DNA from: the human T2T-CHM13v2.0 reference genome, Homo sapiens
Direction: 5' to 3' (one strand)
Assembly (NCBI RefSeq): GCF_009914755.1
Contig: NC_060942.1
Length of the DNA: 64,000 nucleotides
Shown: piece after piece, positions 13,995-29,732 of the stretch
Position numbering within the stretch: the stretch's first letter is position 1
How the letters are laid out: each line of letters starts with the position of its first letter
Made by a program: the position numbers and the translations under genes
The notes under the pieces: model-generated
Databases searched by the model: none
Seen by the model: only the letters and a program-made list of their open reading frames with translations
Told to the model about the DNA's origin: nothing

Positions 13995-15580
13995 AAAAGA
14001 AAAACCGTTCTGTGAGTACTAAGTGATTACTCTTATATTTCTGTTTTTCCTGTGTTGTAGAGCTGGGCAAGATCAATCCTTCTTTCAATCTTTGATTATT
14101 TGCATGATCTAGTGCATGTCCAAATTATACAACTATTATCCAGAGCCTACATGACTAATAAAATGTTTTCAGCATTTCTCCATCACATCTTAGAAAACAT
14201 TGTCCTTCAGGATAAACACAAAAGGACTAGACACTGAGTATGCCAAGGTGCAGGCACAAGCAGGCTTATCATCTGACTTTATTCACACCTTACCTTAATG
14301 ATCAAAATATGCCTTCCAAAGCACAGGATGCTTACAACCCCTTGTTATTCATCAAACAAAAATAAATGAAAACCATATTAATGTTTAATAGCTCAAAAGA
14401 CAATTAGGAAAAGTGGCACATGTATAGCCAGACAAATCCAGAGGAAAAGAATAAAACATGAAGCCAAGAAATAAGTCAAGCGCATATGGGGAGTTAGTAT
14501 ATGAAAAGGTTGTCATCTGAAATTAATGGGGGGAACGATGAACTATTTAATAAATGGCATTGTAATAATTAGATAGCCACCTAGAAAAATATATATGTTA
14601 CACCCACATTCTACATCAGGACAAATTCTAAATGGATCAAATATTTAGATGTGAAAATATAACAATAAAATTCTAGAAGAAAATATAATTTTTTTTATAA
14701 TCTTGAAGTAAGAAAGACTTTTCTAACCATGACACAAAATGAAGAACCCATAGAAGAAACAAATAATAAAATTCACTATGTGAAAATCAAGAAGTTCTGC
14801 ATGGTAAAAACAAAAACAAATCCAAAAACTGAAAAAAAAAAAGAGGAAAAAATACTCATATAACACAATAACAGGTCAATAATCTTCTTTTGAAATGCAT
14901 ATGGTTATTTCTTATAACGTTGCTTATAACAGTGAAACATTGGAAACAACCTAAATTTTCATCACTAGGAGGCTGATTGAATAAATTATGGTTTAATAAA
15001 TTATATGTTATAGAATATTAGGCAATTGTAAAAAAACTGAGAAAGCTCTTTAAGTAAATAATATGGAAAGATCTTTAGGTATATTATTAGCTTTCTAAAA
15101 AGCAAAGTGAAAACCGGGTGTATAGTATGCTACCTTTTGAGTAAAAGGGGTAGAATAAGGAAACGTATTTTTTCATTGCTTCTGCAGACATAAAGAAACT
15201 CTGGAATGACTTATAATAAACCAATTATGCTGGCTATCCAGAGGGTAGGCAGGTAAGTGGGAAATGAATAGGTAATTACAATTTTTCATCTTATACCTTT
15301 TGCAATTTTTTGAACCATTAAAAAATTTATCTGTTCAAAAATTGGATTACAACAACATTTAAGCAGATGAGAAAATGTTATTTTATTCATTTTAACCTCC
15401 ACTAAAAAATATCCCAAGAGATTCTTTTTTAGACTGAAAATATTCTGGAAAACACCTTCTAATCAGAGACCAGGAGACTTAAGATACTACAAAAAGCCCC
15501 TGGATTAAAATGCTGAAAGATGACTTCCCATTCAGCTGTCTAAGAAATTAGTTAAAATTTACTTTAAAATACGAACAATG

Positions 15581-15860
15581 GGCTTGGCGCAGTGGCTCAT
15601 GCCATAATCCCAGCACTTTGGGAAGTTGAGGTGGAAAGATTGCTTGAGCTCCGGAGTTCAAGACCAGTCTGGGCAACATGTCAAGTCTCCGACTCTACAA
15701 AAAATACAAAAATTAGCCAGGTGTGGGGGCACATACCTTCAATCCCAGATACTTGGGAGGCTGAAGCAGGAGAATCCTTGAGCCCAGAAGGCGAAAGCTG
15801 CAGTGAGCCATGATTGTGCCACTACACTCTGGGTGACAGAGCCAGGCCTTGTCTAAAAAA
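15581..15860 (+). mobile_element. Alu (AluJ-like)
   Basis: ggcttggcgcagtggctcatgcc through to the A tail. Confidence 0.85.
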
Positions 15861-16317
15861 CTAATAATGGTAAAGTAAAATAAAATAAAACATGAACATC
15901 GTATAATTTTTTGCAAATCTTAAAGGTATTAACAATTGAACCATATAAAATTCTGAGACCTAGCAATGCCATACTATATTAAAGGAACATAAAACATAAG
16001 AAAAAGATAACAATGAAGGTAAGCAATTGTAGGAGAGGAGAAAAAGGCTTTGCAGTAGACAGGTGAATAGTAGAAAAATATCAAAGATCTGCAGTTCATT
16101 ACAGGAGTAACTAAAGTTTGAGAAAAATATTCCAGCAGGTCATTATATGTGTGTACTCTGTGTGTGTGTGCTTGTTTATTTGTTTATTTATTTATTTATT
16201 TATTTTATTCATTCCAAACTGGCAACTTTTCCTTTCATTTTAAATACACAATTTAAAAGCAGGAGGGAACTGTATTCCCAAAACTTATAGACCTACAGAA
16301 ATAAAAATTGACTTAGA

Positions 16318-17245
<928 letters not shown>

Positions 17246-17560
17246 TTAACCTAAATTATAAGATGGGGGACAGCATAATTATAATATTGGTAAGTGACCA
17301 CAAAAAGTAAACATGATCATTCCTGAAACACTGACTATTAAGTCCAGAGAGATTATAAACATACACACTTTTATAACTGCTAGTCATTTCTGTCTAAGCT
17401 TTAGTTATTAAGTTAAATTATTTACATCTAAACCATGAAAAGAATTCACAATTTTTCTGAAGTTAAGTTTTCTCTTCAAGAGAAGAGGAAATTTTACAAT
17501 GAAACATACTCTTTAGATGGAAATCTGACAATATAAAATTGGAGTTTAAATTTTTTGTGG

Positions 17561-17872
<312 letters not shown>

Positions 17873-17934
17873 TTAAGTCTGTATTTGTCAGCTATAAAGT
17901 AGCTTACCAATTAAAAAAATTTACATTAATCTGG

Positions 17935-18309
17935 TGATATGGTTTAGCTATATCCCCACCCAAATCTCATCTTGAATTGTAGTTCCAATAATCCCCACAT
18001 GTCATGGGAGGGCTCCAGTGGGAGGTAACTGAAACATGGGGGCGGTTTACCCCATGCAGTTCTCATGATAGTGAGTGAGTTCTCATGAGATCTGATGGTT
18101 TTATAAGGGTCTTTTTCCTCTTTGCTTGGCACCTCTCCTTCCTGCCATCATGTGAAAAAGGATGTGTTTGCTTCCCTTTCCTCCATGATTTTAAGTTTCC
18201 TGGAGGCCTCCCCAGCCATGCGGAACTGGGAGTCAATTAGACCTCTTTCCTTTATCAGTTATCCAGTCTTGGGCAGTTCTTTATAGCAGCATGAAAATGG
18301 ACTAATACA
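17935..18309. mobile_element. MaLR solo LTR (THE1/MST)
   Basis: TGATATGGTTT...ACTAATACA, 5-bp TSD TCTGG. Confidence 0.88.
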
Positions 18310-18854
18310 TCTGGTTTGTTTCTTATTTTCCATAATCTAAGTTGGGGTTCAGAGTTCTTCCTCAATTCTTCCCAAGCACTCTAAACTGTACCTACTTTTG
18401 TTGTTCTAGAATACTCTTGATGTCTCTGTCTTACCCTAGATGGATTCTAGAGGCCCAGTCCATGTGTCTTTTATTTACAGTTGACCCTTAAACAAAAAAC
18501 AATTTTTGAACTCTGTGGGCCTGCTTATATGTGGATTTCTTCAACCTTTGCCATCCCTGAGACAGCAAGACCAACCCCTCCACTTCCTCCTACTCCTCGG
18601 CCTACTCAACATGAAGATGAGAAGGTTGAAGACCTTTATGATGATCCACTTCCACTTAATGGATAGTAAATATATTTCTCTTCCTTATGATTTTCTTAAT
18701 AACATTTTCTTTTCTCTAGCTTACTTTATTATAAGAATACAGTATATAATCATATAACATACAAAATATATGTTAATCAACTGTTTATGTTATGGGCAAG
18801 GCTTGCAGCCAACAGTAGGCTATCAGTAGTTAAGTTTGGGGGGAGTCGACTGTG

Positions 18855-19172
18855 GGCTGGGGCACTGTGGTTCATGCCTGTAATCCCAGCACTTTGGGAC
18901 GCTGACACCAAGGCATGAGGAGCACTTGAGGCCAGACATCAAGACCAGCCTGAGCAACTTAGCAAGACTCCCCCATCACTCTCCCCACAAAAAATGTATA
19001 TGTATATGTCAGTCTGGCCTGGTGGTACACACCTATAATCCCAATTACTCAGAAGCTGAGGCAGGGGGGTCATTTGAGCCCAGGAGTTCAAGCCTGCAGT
19101 GAGCTATGGTATGCCACTGCACTCCAGCCTGGACAACAGAGTGAGATTCTGTCTCAAAAAAAAAAAAAAAAA
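18855..19172 (+). mobile_element. Alu (AluJ-like)
   Basis: Alu body plus poly(A). Confidence 0.85.
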
Positions 19173-19180
19173 TTATATGC

Positions 19181-19477
19181 TTTTTTTTTTTTTTTGAGAC
19201 AGGTTCTCTCTCTGTCACCCAGGCTGGAGTGTGGTGGCGTGATCTCAGCTCATTGCAGCCTCAACCTCTGAGGCTCAGGTGATTCTCCTACCTCAGCCTC
19301 CCAAGTAGCTGGTACTCAGGTGTGTGCCACCACGCCTGGCTAATTTTTTATATTTTTAGTAGAGATGGGGTTTTGTTATGTTGCCCAGGCTGGTCCTGAG
19401 CTCCTGGACTCAAGCAATACCCCCACTTCAGCCTCCCAGAGTGCTGGGATTACAGGTGTGAGCCACTGTGTCTGGCC
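19181..19477 (-). mobile_element. Alu (AluJ-like)
   Basis: Poly(T) plus reverse Alu. Confidence 0.88.
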
Positions 19478-19855
19478 GATATGCAGATTTTTTACCTATA
19501 TGTAGGTGTATGAGTTCCCCTAACCCCCAAGTTGTTCAAGGGTCAACTGGTACTGTGGTATTCACAGAACCTAGTACAGTGCCTGGCTCATTGATGCTCA
19601 ATAAACATTTTTTGAATTTAATTAAGTATTTAAAAATTAAGACATAGTAATATTTTGTATATTAATGACATTTTAAATACCCAACATTTTCATTTAGGCC
19701 AAAGTTATTTAGTTTTCACATACACCATCACTTAATAAGTGATGCTGAATTTATAAGACTAAATAAGTTTACGAGAAATTCAGCCTTAGGAGATTCACTG
19801 TAAAATTCTAGTAAACAAATTCTTCAGGGCTAATTTTCTTTCTCTGTTCATATAA

Positions 19856-20195
<340 letters not shown>

Positions 20196-20425
20196 TAAAA
20201 TTTATTCTTTTACAGCATCTTTATATTCAAGTATTTTGTAGAAAGTATTCAAGATTATTTGGTTCCTTAGGATGTTATATAATTTTTATTTATAATTAAA
20301 ATATTTGATAAAGCCTTTAGACATTTAAAATCCAAATTTCTATGTCCAGAAATTATGTGTTACTGGGAATGAGAAATTACACTGCAGGCTCCGCTAGGAT
20401 CCTTCTGAACGTGCCCTGCTTTAAA

Positions 20426-20444
20426 TGGCCAACAGGGGGCAGCA
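20426..20444 (+). promoter_or_regulatory. Candidate CTCF site
   Basis: TGGCCAACAGGGGGCAGCA matches the CTCF core, in apparently unique sequence. Confidence 0.55.
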
Positions 20445-21910
20445 TGTTCTAGGGCAATGTCTCGAATCCTGCAACAGTCTTTGTGACGAAAAACAGTCGC
20501 CGAACTGCCACCAGAACTCTTGGACTGTGGAATGCAGGGTAAACAAAAATCTATTTACTGGCTCCAGTCAAACTACTTCTAAAGCAGTAGAGGTCATCTT
20601 ATGGTTTCAATCATTTTACAATTAGTTTCAATACCACCACTAATTATCACCTGCTTGTTAATGCATAATAATAGGTGAATATAACACAAAATAGCAAGTT
20701 TCCTGTCAAGCCAGAGAGGAGAGAAGAAAGAGCTAAAAGAATCTTGGGAACATGAAATATTGAAAAATGCTTAAGTAATCTGGAACACTTATTACCTGCA
20801 CACTTAATGATTTTTCAGTCTAATAAACATGATTAATATGTGATTTTTTACTGTTTATAATACTAACGCCTTATATATATTATTAACATAGATACTAATA
20901 ATAGTAATGCACTCAAATAACTATAAGAACTAGTGAGGATTTTTAGGCTAATGTATTCATTCTTTGTACAAGTAAATTCTGTAAAAACAGAAAAATTTAT
21001 CCTATGAAATAGATTGACATTCAATATCATATATTTTACTATAACTGTAGGATGTTACTAGTATGGGGTCCTTTTATAGACTAATATACAGTAGTAAAAA
21101 TTATGGTAAAATCGTAGGCAAGTTAGATTAGAAAGATAATTACTTTTTTATTTTGTTCAATTTGGTTAGATTTGTTCTTTAGCAAAAGGCATTCATTTGT
21201 GTATATTCTTAATTTTACTCTGCTATGTTGTCATGCTTACCCACACAAACTGTTAATTAATAGTACCCTTGATTTTGAAGCTTGAAGAGATCCTGACATT
21301 CCCTCTATTTAAAGAGTCTTTGAGTCCCTACTTTTGATGCAGTTTCCTAGGATACTGAGAAATCAGTTGCTATTTAAACATTGGCTAGACTTGTCTAACT
21401 TCAAATAATTTACTTGAGACTTGTTTAAAATTATATTAGCCACTAAGCTTAGAAATGTGTCAAGTAGGAGTCAGGTTATGACCTCATACTTCAAATGAGA
21501 CTTGAAGACTTGGTTGGCTCTCATAATCTCAGCTAGTCCTCACTGATGGCTCTATGGCAGTGCAGCACTGAAGAAGTACAATCAGGAAACATCACTCTAG
21601 CTCTATTATACAGTTCACTTAGTTGATGAGTATTGAACCAATTATTAAATTTTTCTGTACCTCAATTGTATGTAAACAGTGTAGACATTTTTTAAATGTT
21701 TGTCAAAGTGATTATGACCATCATATTACTTTGGTTTTCTAAGAAATCAAAAAGGAGATTTACAAATAAAGAACTAAATGGTAATGAAAAGTTCCTTTTA
21801 AGGGTAATTTCTAAATATGAGTAATTTTAATTTTAAAAAGAAATTAACAGTGTGCTCAAAGTGCTTTGCCAGGTCCTGAGAAGACTAACATAAATAAGTT
21901 AAGAGGAGCA

Positions 21911-22033
21911 GTGGCTCACGCCTATAATCCCAGCACTCTGGGAGGCAGACATGGGTGGATCCCTTGAGCTTGGTATTGGATCCCAGGAGTTCAATACCAG
22001 CCTGGGCAACACGGCAAACCCCATTTCTACCAA

Positions 22034-22090
<57 letters not shown>

Positions 22091-22248
22091 TATTAGCTGG
22101 GTGTGGTGTCTCACGCCTGTAGTCCCAGCTACTCTGGAGGCTGAGGTGGGAGGATTGCTTGAGTTGGTGAGGCAGAGATTGCAGTAAGCAGAGATCAGGC
22201 CACTGCACATAGCCTGGGCAACAGAGTGAGACCCTGTCTCAAATAAAT
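21911..22248 (+). mobile_element. Alu (AluJ-like) with internal (CA)18(CG)7
   Basis: TSD aagtYaagaggagca at 21896-21910 and 22249-22263. Confidence 0.85.
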
Positions 22249-22381
22249 AAGTCAAGAGGAGCATATCATAGCAGAGCCCTTCCTAGGGAGCTGAGGAAGG
22301 TTTCACAAGGAAAATAACATAATGTGGCCTGAAGGATGCTGAAAATTTCAACCAAAAGCAAAAAGATTATTAAAAATAATA

Positions 22382-22777
<396 letters not shown>

Positions 22778-24276
22778 TCAGAAGAAGGAAGATGTTGGAT
22801 GGTATGTCAAGGGTATGTACCTTATATTCAGTGGACATGGCAAAGCAGCAAATATTTATAAAATAGCATGATTACATAATCAAATTCATATTAAGACTCT
22901 GGCAGCAATCTGAAAGATGCATTGGAATAAGAGGAGAGATAGGAGACAAGGACTGAAAAGCTATTACAAGAAAGACAGCGAAGACCGGAATTGAAACAGC
23001 AGTAAGAAAAAGAAGATAAATTTGAGTTATTTCAAATGATGCTTTAATAGGACCACAGTTAAAGAATGGCCAATTTTTCTGGTCCCTTACACTGGCCCTA
23101 AAATTTCTACTTAGTCTTGACAGTGTGAGGCAAAAAGGAAAGTTAAGAAAGTAAGATAATTATTCTATTTTAATAATTCATAATAATAACATGATTAATA
23201 ATAAAATTTAAGATAGAGGAAGGTAGTCGAATTGGATTTGGCTGTGTGAATGTCGAGGCATTGGTGAATTGTCCAGAACAGACGCTCACACAAATTGGAT
23301 ATTAAGATTTAGGGCTTGGTAGACAAGTCAGGGTTGGAAGTAGAAATTTGGGGACAGTTTATGCATAAGTGGAAGAATGAAATCACTGCCAGAGAAGGAA
23401 TATATATGGAAAAGAGAGGAGTGTTGAAGATGACCTCAGAAGGAAGTAAGCAGAAAAGAGGAGGCAGCTGTAAGGCAAAGGTGTGGATGGAGAGGTAGAG
23501 AAAAAATAGTGCCCTAGAATCTAAAAAAATGGACAAGTTATCAGCAGTGATAAATGCTAAAATGCAGGAAGGCTAAGGATTGAGATGTCATTATGTTCAA
23601 GGAGGCAACTTAAGTGGAATGGTAAGAGGAAAGTGGATTGCCTCAGGTTGAACAGTAAATGAGAAGTGAGTTTGTATCCTTATTTCCATACTTCCATAAT
23701 TTCCAAAAATCATACTTTGTGTGAAAGTAAATTATAGCCCTAAGAGTGTTCAATATACTCTGTAAAGAGATGGAAATGTACAACATAACTAGAATGTGCA
23801 AAAATGTGATAACTCTGGCTCTTAAAGAGGTAAGCTTCAGCTATCTAAAATGCCACTAGAATGAACATCTCATTTCCTCCACAGCAATGTCCAAAATGCA
23901 TGTTTGTTTTTAATGTTTTTTAATACTGTACTTAATGCATGAGCACCAACAGTAGAAAGAATAGAAAACCACCATAGCCAGTGGGAGATATATCCAGAAT
24001 CTGCAAATCAAAGGATAAAAACTGCAATACTCAAAAGATTCCAAGAAAATAGTATTTTATCTTTAATGTCTATTTTTCACAGTATTAAATTAAATAGCAC
24101 TCTTACATTGATCTTAATACTAGTGTTCTTTAATTCATTTACTAAAAAACAAACAAAACAGGGTTTCTGTTCCTATTTTGATCTTAGAAGTAGATAAGGA
24201 CACCAATTATATTAAATGAACTCCAATTCAAACCACTGTCAAATACTTTTTGGTATTACAAATTTGGTAAATATGG

Positions 24277-24533
24277 GCCGGGCATGGTGGCTGACACCTG
24301 TAATCCCAACACTTTGGGAGACCAAGCCAGACAGACTGCTGAGCCCAGAAGCTCGATAACAGCCAGGGCAACATGGTGAGACCCCATCTCTACAAAAAAA
24401 AAAAAAATTACAAAAATTAGCCAGGCTCGGAGATGGGCACCTGTCATCCCAGCTACTCAGGAGTTGAGACAGGAGGATCAAATGAGCAGATTGACAGAGT
24501 AAGACTATGTCTCTAAACTAAAAAAATAAAAAA
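24277..24533 (+). mobile_element. Alu (AluJ-like, right arm partly deleted)
   Basis: ggccgggcatggtggc start; short right arm. Confidence 0.75.
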
Positions 24534-24951
24534 TAAGTCCATTAAAGTCACTCAGTGAGGCCCTGGTTGGTGCCTTAGAGTCGTAATCCCAGTATATACT
24601 ATAAGGTCTATAAGGATAAATGTAGAAATATTTTTTATCAGATTTAGTATCTGCTGTAGCCAAAGAATGGTACACGTAGACATTTACACATAATTGTTTA
24701 ATGGATGGATCAGAATCCACATCTGTCTGACCCTAAAGCCTGTACTCTGTCTACCATATCACAGTTTCCTAAACTAATTGATACTAAGAATCATCTGGGG
24801 TAATTGCTAAAAAATAGATAAAACCCCCTCCCCAGGTGTTCTGATTGAAGGCCTAGAAATGTTTATTTTTAATAATGACCCTAAATTGTTCTTATCATTG
24901 GGCATATCCAAACCTGCAGAAATATTCCTTCTTCTAGCCTCCGCATTCTCC

Positions 24952-25033
24952 CCACTGACTCAATACCTCCTCCCACAAATAACAATACACATCCACTGAC
25001 TCAATATCTCCTCCCACAAATAATAATACACAT
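24952..25033 (+). repeat. 41-bp tandem duplication
   Basis: ccactgactcaataYctcctcccacaaataaYaatacacat x2. Confidence 0.9.
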
Positions 25034-25845
25034 TTATTGTGCACTGTTCTAAATGTATTGATTCACTTGATGCTTACAACAACGTTATGAGGTAGACACA
25101 ATAATTATCCTTATTTTTCAGAAGAAGAAACTGAGGTATACAGAGTTTAAGAAACTTGTACAAGGTCACAGAGCTAAGAATTAAGAGAGCAGAGATTTGA
25201 ACCAGGCTTTCTCCAGAACCTGAACTTTTAATCATTATATTATTCTGTCCATACTCACTTGCCCCTTCCTCCCCAAGGTGCTAGCCCCAAAAGTTCCCTT
25301 TGGATAATCATTTCCATAACCGGTAATGAAAGTCAATTTATTGTCTCTGTATACTTGATTACAATTTCAAACTGGTAGATTATAAATAAAGGAAGTTCCA
25401 CAAGAAGGTATTCAACTAGATATTTTAAATATAAGAAGTAGCCATTTATAAGAAAAGTATTACCTGCAGCAGTATAATCCCAGTCATAAAAACATAATGT
25501 GTAAAATAATATATATAAAATAACTTTTAAAAGCTACACATATCCAAAAAGATAAGCAAATTATATTGTACCACCTGAAAGATATTTAAAAATAAAAGTA
25601 TATTTGGCATTTAGGGGGCTTTAAGGTAATTTGGGGGAATATATAAATTAGTTATTCATTTACCACTATGTTGCCAAGCAAGATTAAAAGAAATAAATTT
25701 CTTATTAGACACTGTCAAACAGAAACCCAATGAGTATTCAATAAATTCACTGTATATCAAGAATTCAATTAAAATCTAAATCTCCTTTTAATAATGATAG
25801 CTACAACAAAATAATTTAGGCAAATAATACAAGCTCAAGGCAACC

Positions 25846-25895
25846 AGATTAGATTATTAAACATATCCACAGATTAGATTTTTAAACATATCCAC
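25846..25895 (+). repeat. 25-bp tandem duplication
   Basis: agattagattWttaaacatatccac x2. Confidence 0.85.
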
Positions 25896-26937
25896 CTTAT
25901 CACATATAATAGGTGTAATGAAATGGGGTGAGTGTCTTTTATCACTTAATTCCTACAGCTTTTTTTTAATGCTTTCTCTCCAAATGCTCAAGGTTCCTAC
26001 CCACAAAACTATGAGAACATGTGTTTTTCTTTTTATTACTCATACGCCATGCTTTTAGGCATTGCCTTTTTTTAAAAAAAGTTCTTAGAATGTATCTATG
26101 TATCATGGTTGAATTATCCCTAAGACAGAACAGAATCCCAGTGGAAGATCTTTCTGAAGTGGCTGACAGAATTAAGAGTTGGGGTGGGACCCTGTCAAAT
26201 GATTTATCATTGTGATTAACCTGAAAAAAATAAAACAATAATAACAGCCTACCTGAAGCTTTAACTCTGTTCTATACATGATAAATACAAGAATGAATGT
26301 CAGGAGAAACCTCAAAGGCTTTCTTTGACATTAGCAGCAAACAGAAACAACAGTAACAGAAACAACAGTAACTAAGGCCTTTGTTTACTGTTTTGGATAC
26401 TACAAATAAGCACTGTCATGCTCTGTTAATACATCCTATTATCTGTCTCTAAAAAATACAACTGCTAAATTAGTGACATCATAGAAGAGCCATAGAATAC
26501 ATTGTGAGTAATAAAAAACTCTTTTTGTAAAGGCAATGGCCTCTGTGTCTGTCATCTTACCATAACTGATAAAAACAAATCCTGGGTTCATATTAAAATA
26601 GTCTAAGCATATTATTAAAAATGTTCCTACCTGTATACTCCGTTTCTTTGAATGCTTCAAATACTGTCACTAGTTTTTGCATCAATACTTCCTCTTGTAT
26701 ATATGTATTATATATTCATTCATTTATTCATCAAAATATCTACACAATGCTAGGCCATACAGGAGAGACAACAATGGAAGACAAAATCCTTCCCCTCATG
26801 GAATTTATACTCTAGGAATTACAGTGATGAGTGAGGTGAAAGGGTATATATTTTACTTCATTTGAATCCCTACTTTTCTTCTCAGTGTTTCACATATACA
26901 AATATTTCATAACATTTGCTGAATGAGAAAATGATTT

Positions 26938-27090
26938 GGCCAGGCGTGGTGTCTCATGTCTGTAATCCTAGTACTTTGGGAGGCTGAGATGGGAGGATCA
27001 CTTGAGCCCAGGAGTTTAAGACCATCCTGGGCAATATATTGAGACCTCGTCTCTATGAAAAAAAATGTTTTCTATAAAAAATAAAAATAA
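26938..27090 (+). mobile_element. Alu left monomer (FLAM-like)
   Basis: Single left arm plus A-rich tail. Confidence 0.8.
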
Positions 27091-29732
27091 AAGAAAATGA
27101 TTCCTTTCCTTTGTGCATCAGAAGCCATTTTCTCTATCCTTTATTATTGAATGGTTGTTTATAGTTAAGAGACTTTCAATGGGCTTATCTCACTTGATAA
27201 ATATCATAAAGTAGACCAATGTTGTATGATACAGTAATTCAAGCAGTTGGACTTCACTGAATGAGCAACCTTACTCACTAATCACTGGTAATGCCTGGAG
27301 CTGACATTATTTCACACCTGTCATACATATCATTAAAAAAACAGAAACAAAAATCAAGAACATCTGAAGGAGGAGAAAAAAATTATACTTCTCTACCCTT
27401 GATTCAATAATTTTGCAAATATTTTCACATTAAAGCAGACTGGATATATGTGAAACTGGGGATGGGGGAAGATAGAGGGAATGATTTCAAGGGCATTGAT
27501 ATAACCGATAGCACTGAAAGTTAAATAAGTCATGGAAATTGTTGGCTAAGGTCCTTAAGGGGCTCTAAGGAGGCCCTAAGGCCCTACAGTCCTATGGGGT
27601 AATCAGTTGCTCTCTCAGTGGGAACTTAAACTATGTCCCAGAAACTGGCTCTAGATCTCTAATCTACATCTCTTGCAAGTAAGTAATTACTAATATTTTA
27701 TATTTTAAACATATGTAACATCTTATAAGGAAGGACAGGAGTCTGGATTTTTTCTCAGTGTCTCACTTTCTTACCTATACAAGGGAATCAGATTACCTAT
27801 CAAAGCAGATATTACTGTTGCAAATTCAACATTCATCTATTTATCTCCCTTTTCTGCCTTTTTAACACAGCCCTAATTTCATGCATTCTCCCCAGAGTGT
27901 CTGTGTCCTTTAGGAGAGGCTGGCCTTCTCCTTAGCCCTGGGATATAAATTTCAATTGTCCTAATCCCACCATGGAGGCCTTACCTCCCTTGTTAGTGAT
28001 AGACATAAGCACTCAAAGCAATTTCAGTTAATAAGACATGATGGAGAAATCTATCAGGGAAAAAGAGTTTCCTTAATCGTATAAAGGGGCAAAAGATAAA
28101 GGTGTTCCCCTTTTTGGTCTCTGAACATTATCTGTAATCTGGAACTGAGGAAATCATTTTAGGACCATAAAGGAAGCCAGACTGGAGAACAACACACTTA
28201 AAGATGGCAGAGCCAAAAGAAGGAAGAAACCTGTGTCCTTGACAATATTGTCCAGATGCAGAAGTAACCAACCCTGGGAATGATTTTATCTCCATGCATC
28301 TAGCTATTAGGATTTGTTTTTAAAAGGCTTGAACAATAAGGACATTTAGTAAGGTTCCTGTTACTGCAGCCAAAAGCATTTCAACTGATATGCCTTCTCT
28401 CTTTCAATAGTTTCACTCTTACATAGTAGGTTTCTCAATATAACAAGGTGTGTTAGGTTGGATGCAAAGATAACTGCCAAAATTTCCTCCTATGATCAAG
28501 CTGCTTAATGTCTATTTCCCTTTTCCACCATTCTAGTCCTTCTGTCATGGAATACTGCAGAAAAATATAATGCCAGTTCCAGACTCAGGCTTTAAGAGAA
28601 TTAGCATCTTTCCTCCTCCTTAACTCTCTTGGAAGCCAGTCACCATGTAAGAAAGCTTAGGCTAAACTCCTGAATGGAGAGAGGCCTTGTGGAGAAGAAT
28701 CAAGTAACTTCAACCAAGAGGCAACACCAAGACTTCAGCAATTTGAGTGAAGCCATCTTGGACCTTCCACCCCAGTTAAGTGAAGATAGCTGACACATCA
28801 TAAAGCAGACTAGCCATCTCCGCTAAGCCCTTCCTGAATTCCTGGCAACAGAACTGTGAGCAATAAAACATCTGCTGTTTTTAGTCACTAAGTCTTGAAG
28901 TGGTTCATTATGAAGCAATTGATAATTTATAAACAAATTAATATTATTTGGTTTTTTGCTTTGTAAAATTGCTGTAGTCATTTCACAATGATAAAATTAT
29001 TTAGTGAGTCACTAATAGCTTTGAATGCTAACGAACATTTTTCTCAAATATGTGTTTTAAGTCTTGGCTCACAAAGGAGAATTTGTTTCTATGTATGTAT
29101 GTATCGCTTTGTTATTATCCTGTGTACTTTTTTAATATAACATTTTAAAAATATGTAACATTTAAACATGTAAAATGTAACGTTTTAAAAATAAATACAA
29201 ATAAATGGGAAACGATTTGCAACAAACGAGTTGCTATCCTTAATAAGCAAAAAATTCTCACAAATAAAAAAGAAAAATCTTACTCCCTTAATTTTTTAAA
29301 TGGGAAAAGCCATCTCTGAAGAACCATAAATGGTCAGTAAACATGAAGGGGGACTATCTTAAGCTCACAAAGTTGAAACATGAGGCATCATTTTTCACCG
29401 ACTAAATAGCCAAAGAAAAATTTAAACAGTGAGACAATACCAGCAAGCTTCCACTGAAGAACGGGAAGACCCTAAGATAGGCTCCAGGAGTCTACGATAC
29501 CAGTCTCCTTGAACTATGGGGACGTGGACGTCCCTGGTCACAAGTTGCCTGACTTTGGGCGATGTCTACGGCTGTAAATTTGGGATTATATAGCCACAGC
29601 ACAGAACTGTTGTAAGGCTCCAGTGATACTCATAGGCAAAAGCAATATAAGTGACTGTTAGTTTTTGTTCAGCCTATTCATCCTTACATTTACTTTTGTC
29701 GGAAAAGAACTGGAATCACAGGAAAATCTGAG

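Larger units (their letters stand above)
18478..19549. mobile_element. Tigger2a-like DNA transposon interrupted by two Alus
   Basis: TIRs CAGTTGACCCTTAAACAA / TTGTTCAAGGGTCAACTG, preceded by TA. Confidence 0.8.

Noticed and set aside
24952-25033. 41-bp and 25-bp (25846-25895) tandem duplications as an array or CRISPR-like system
   Set aside because: Two copies each with no spacers; ordinary slippage duplications.
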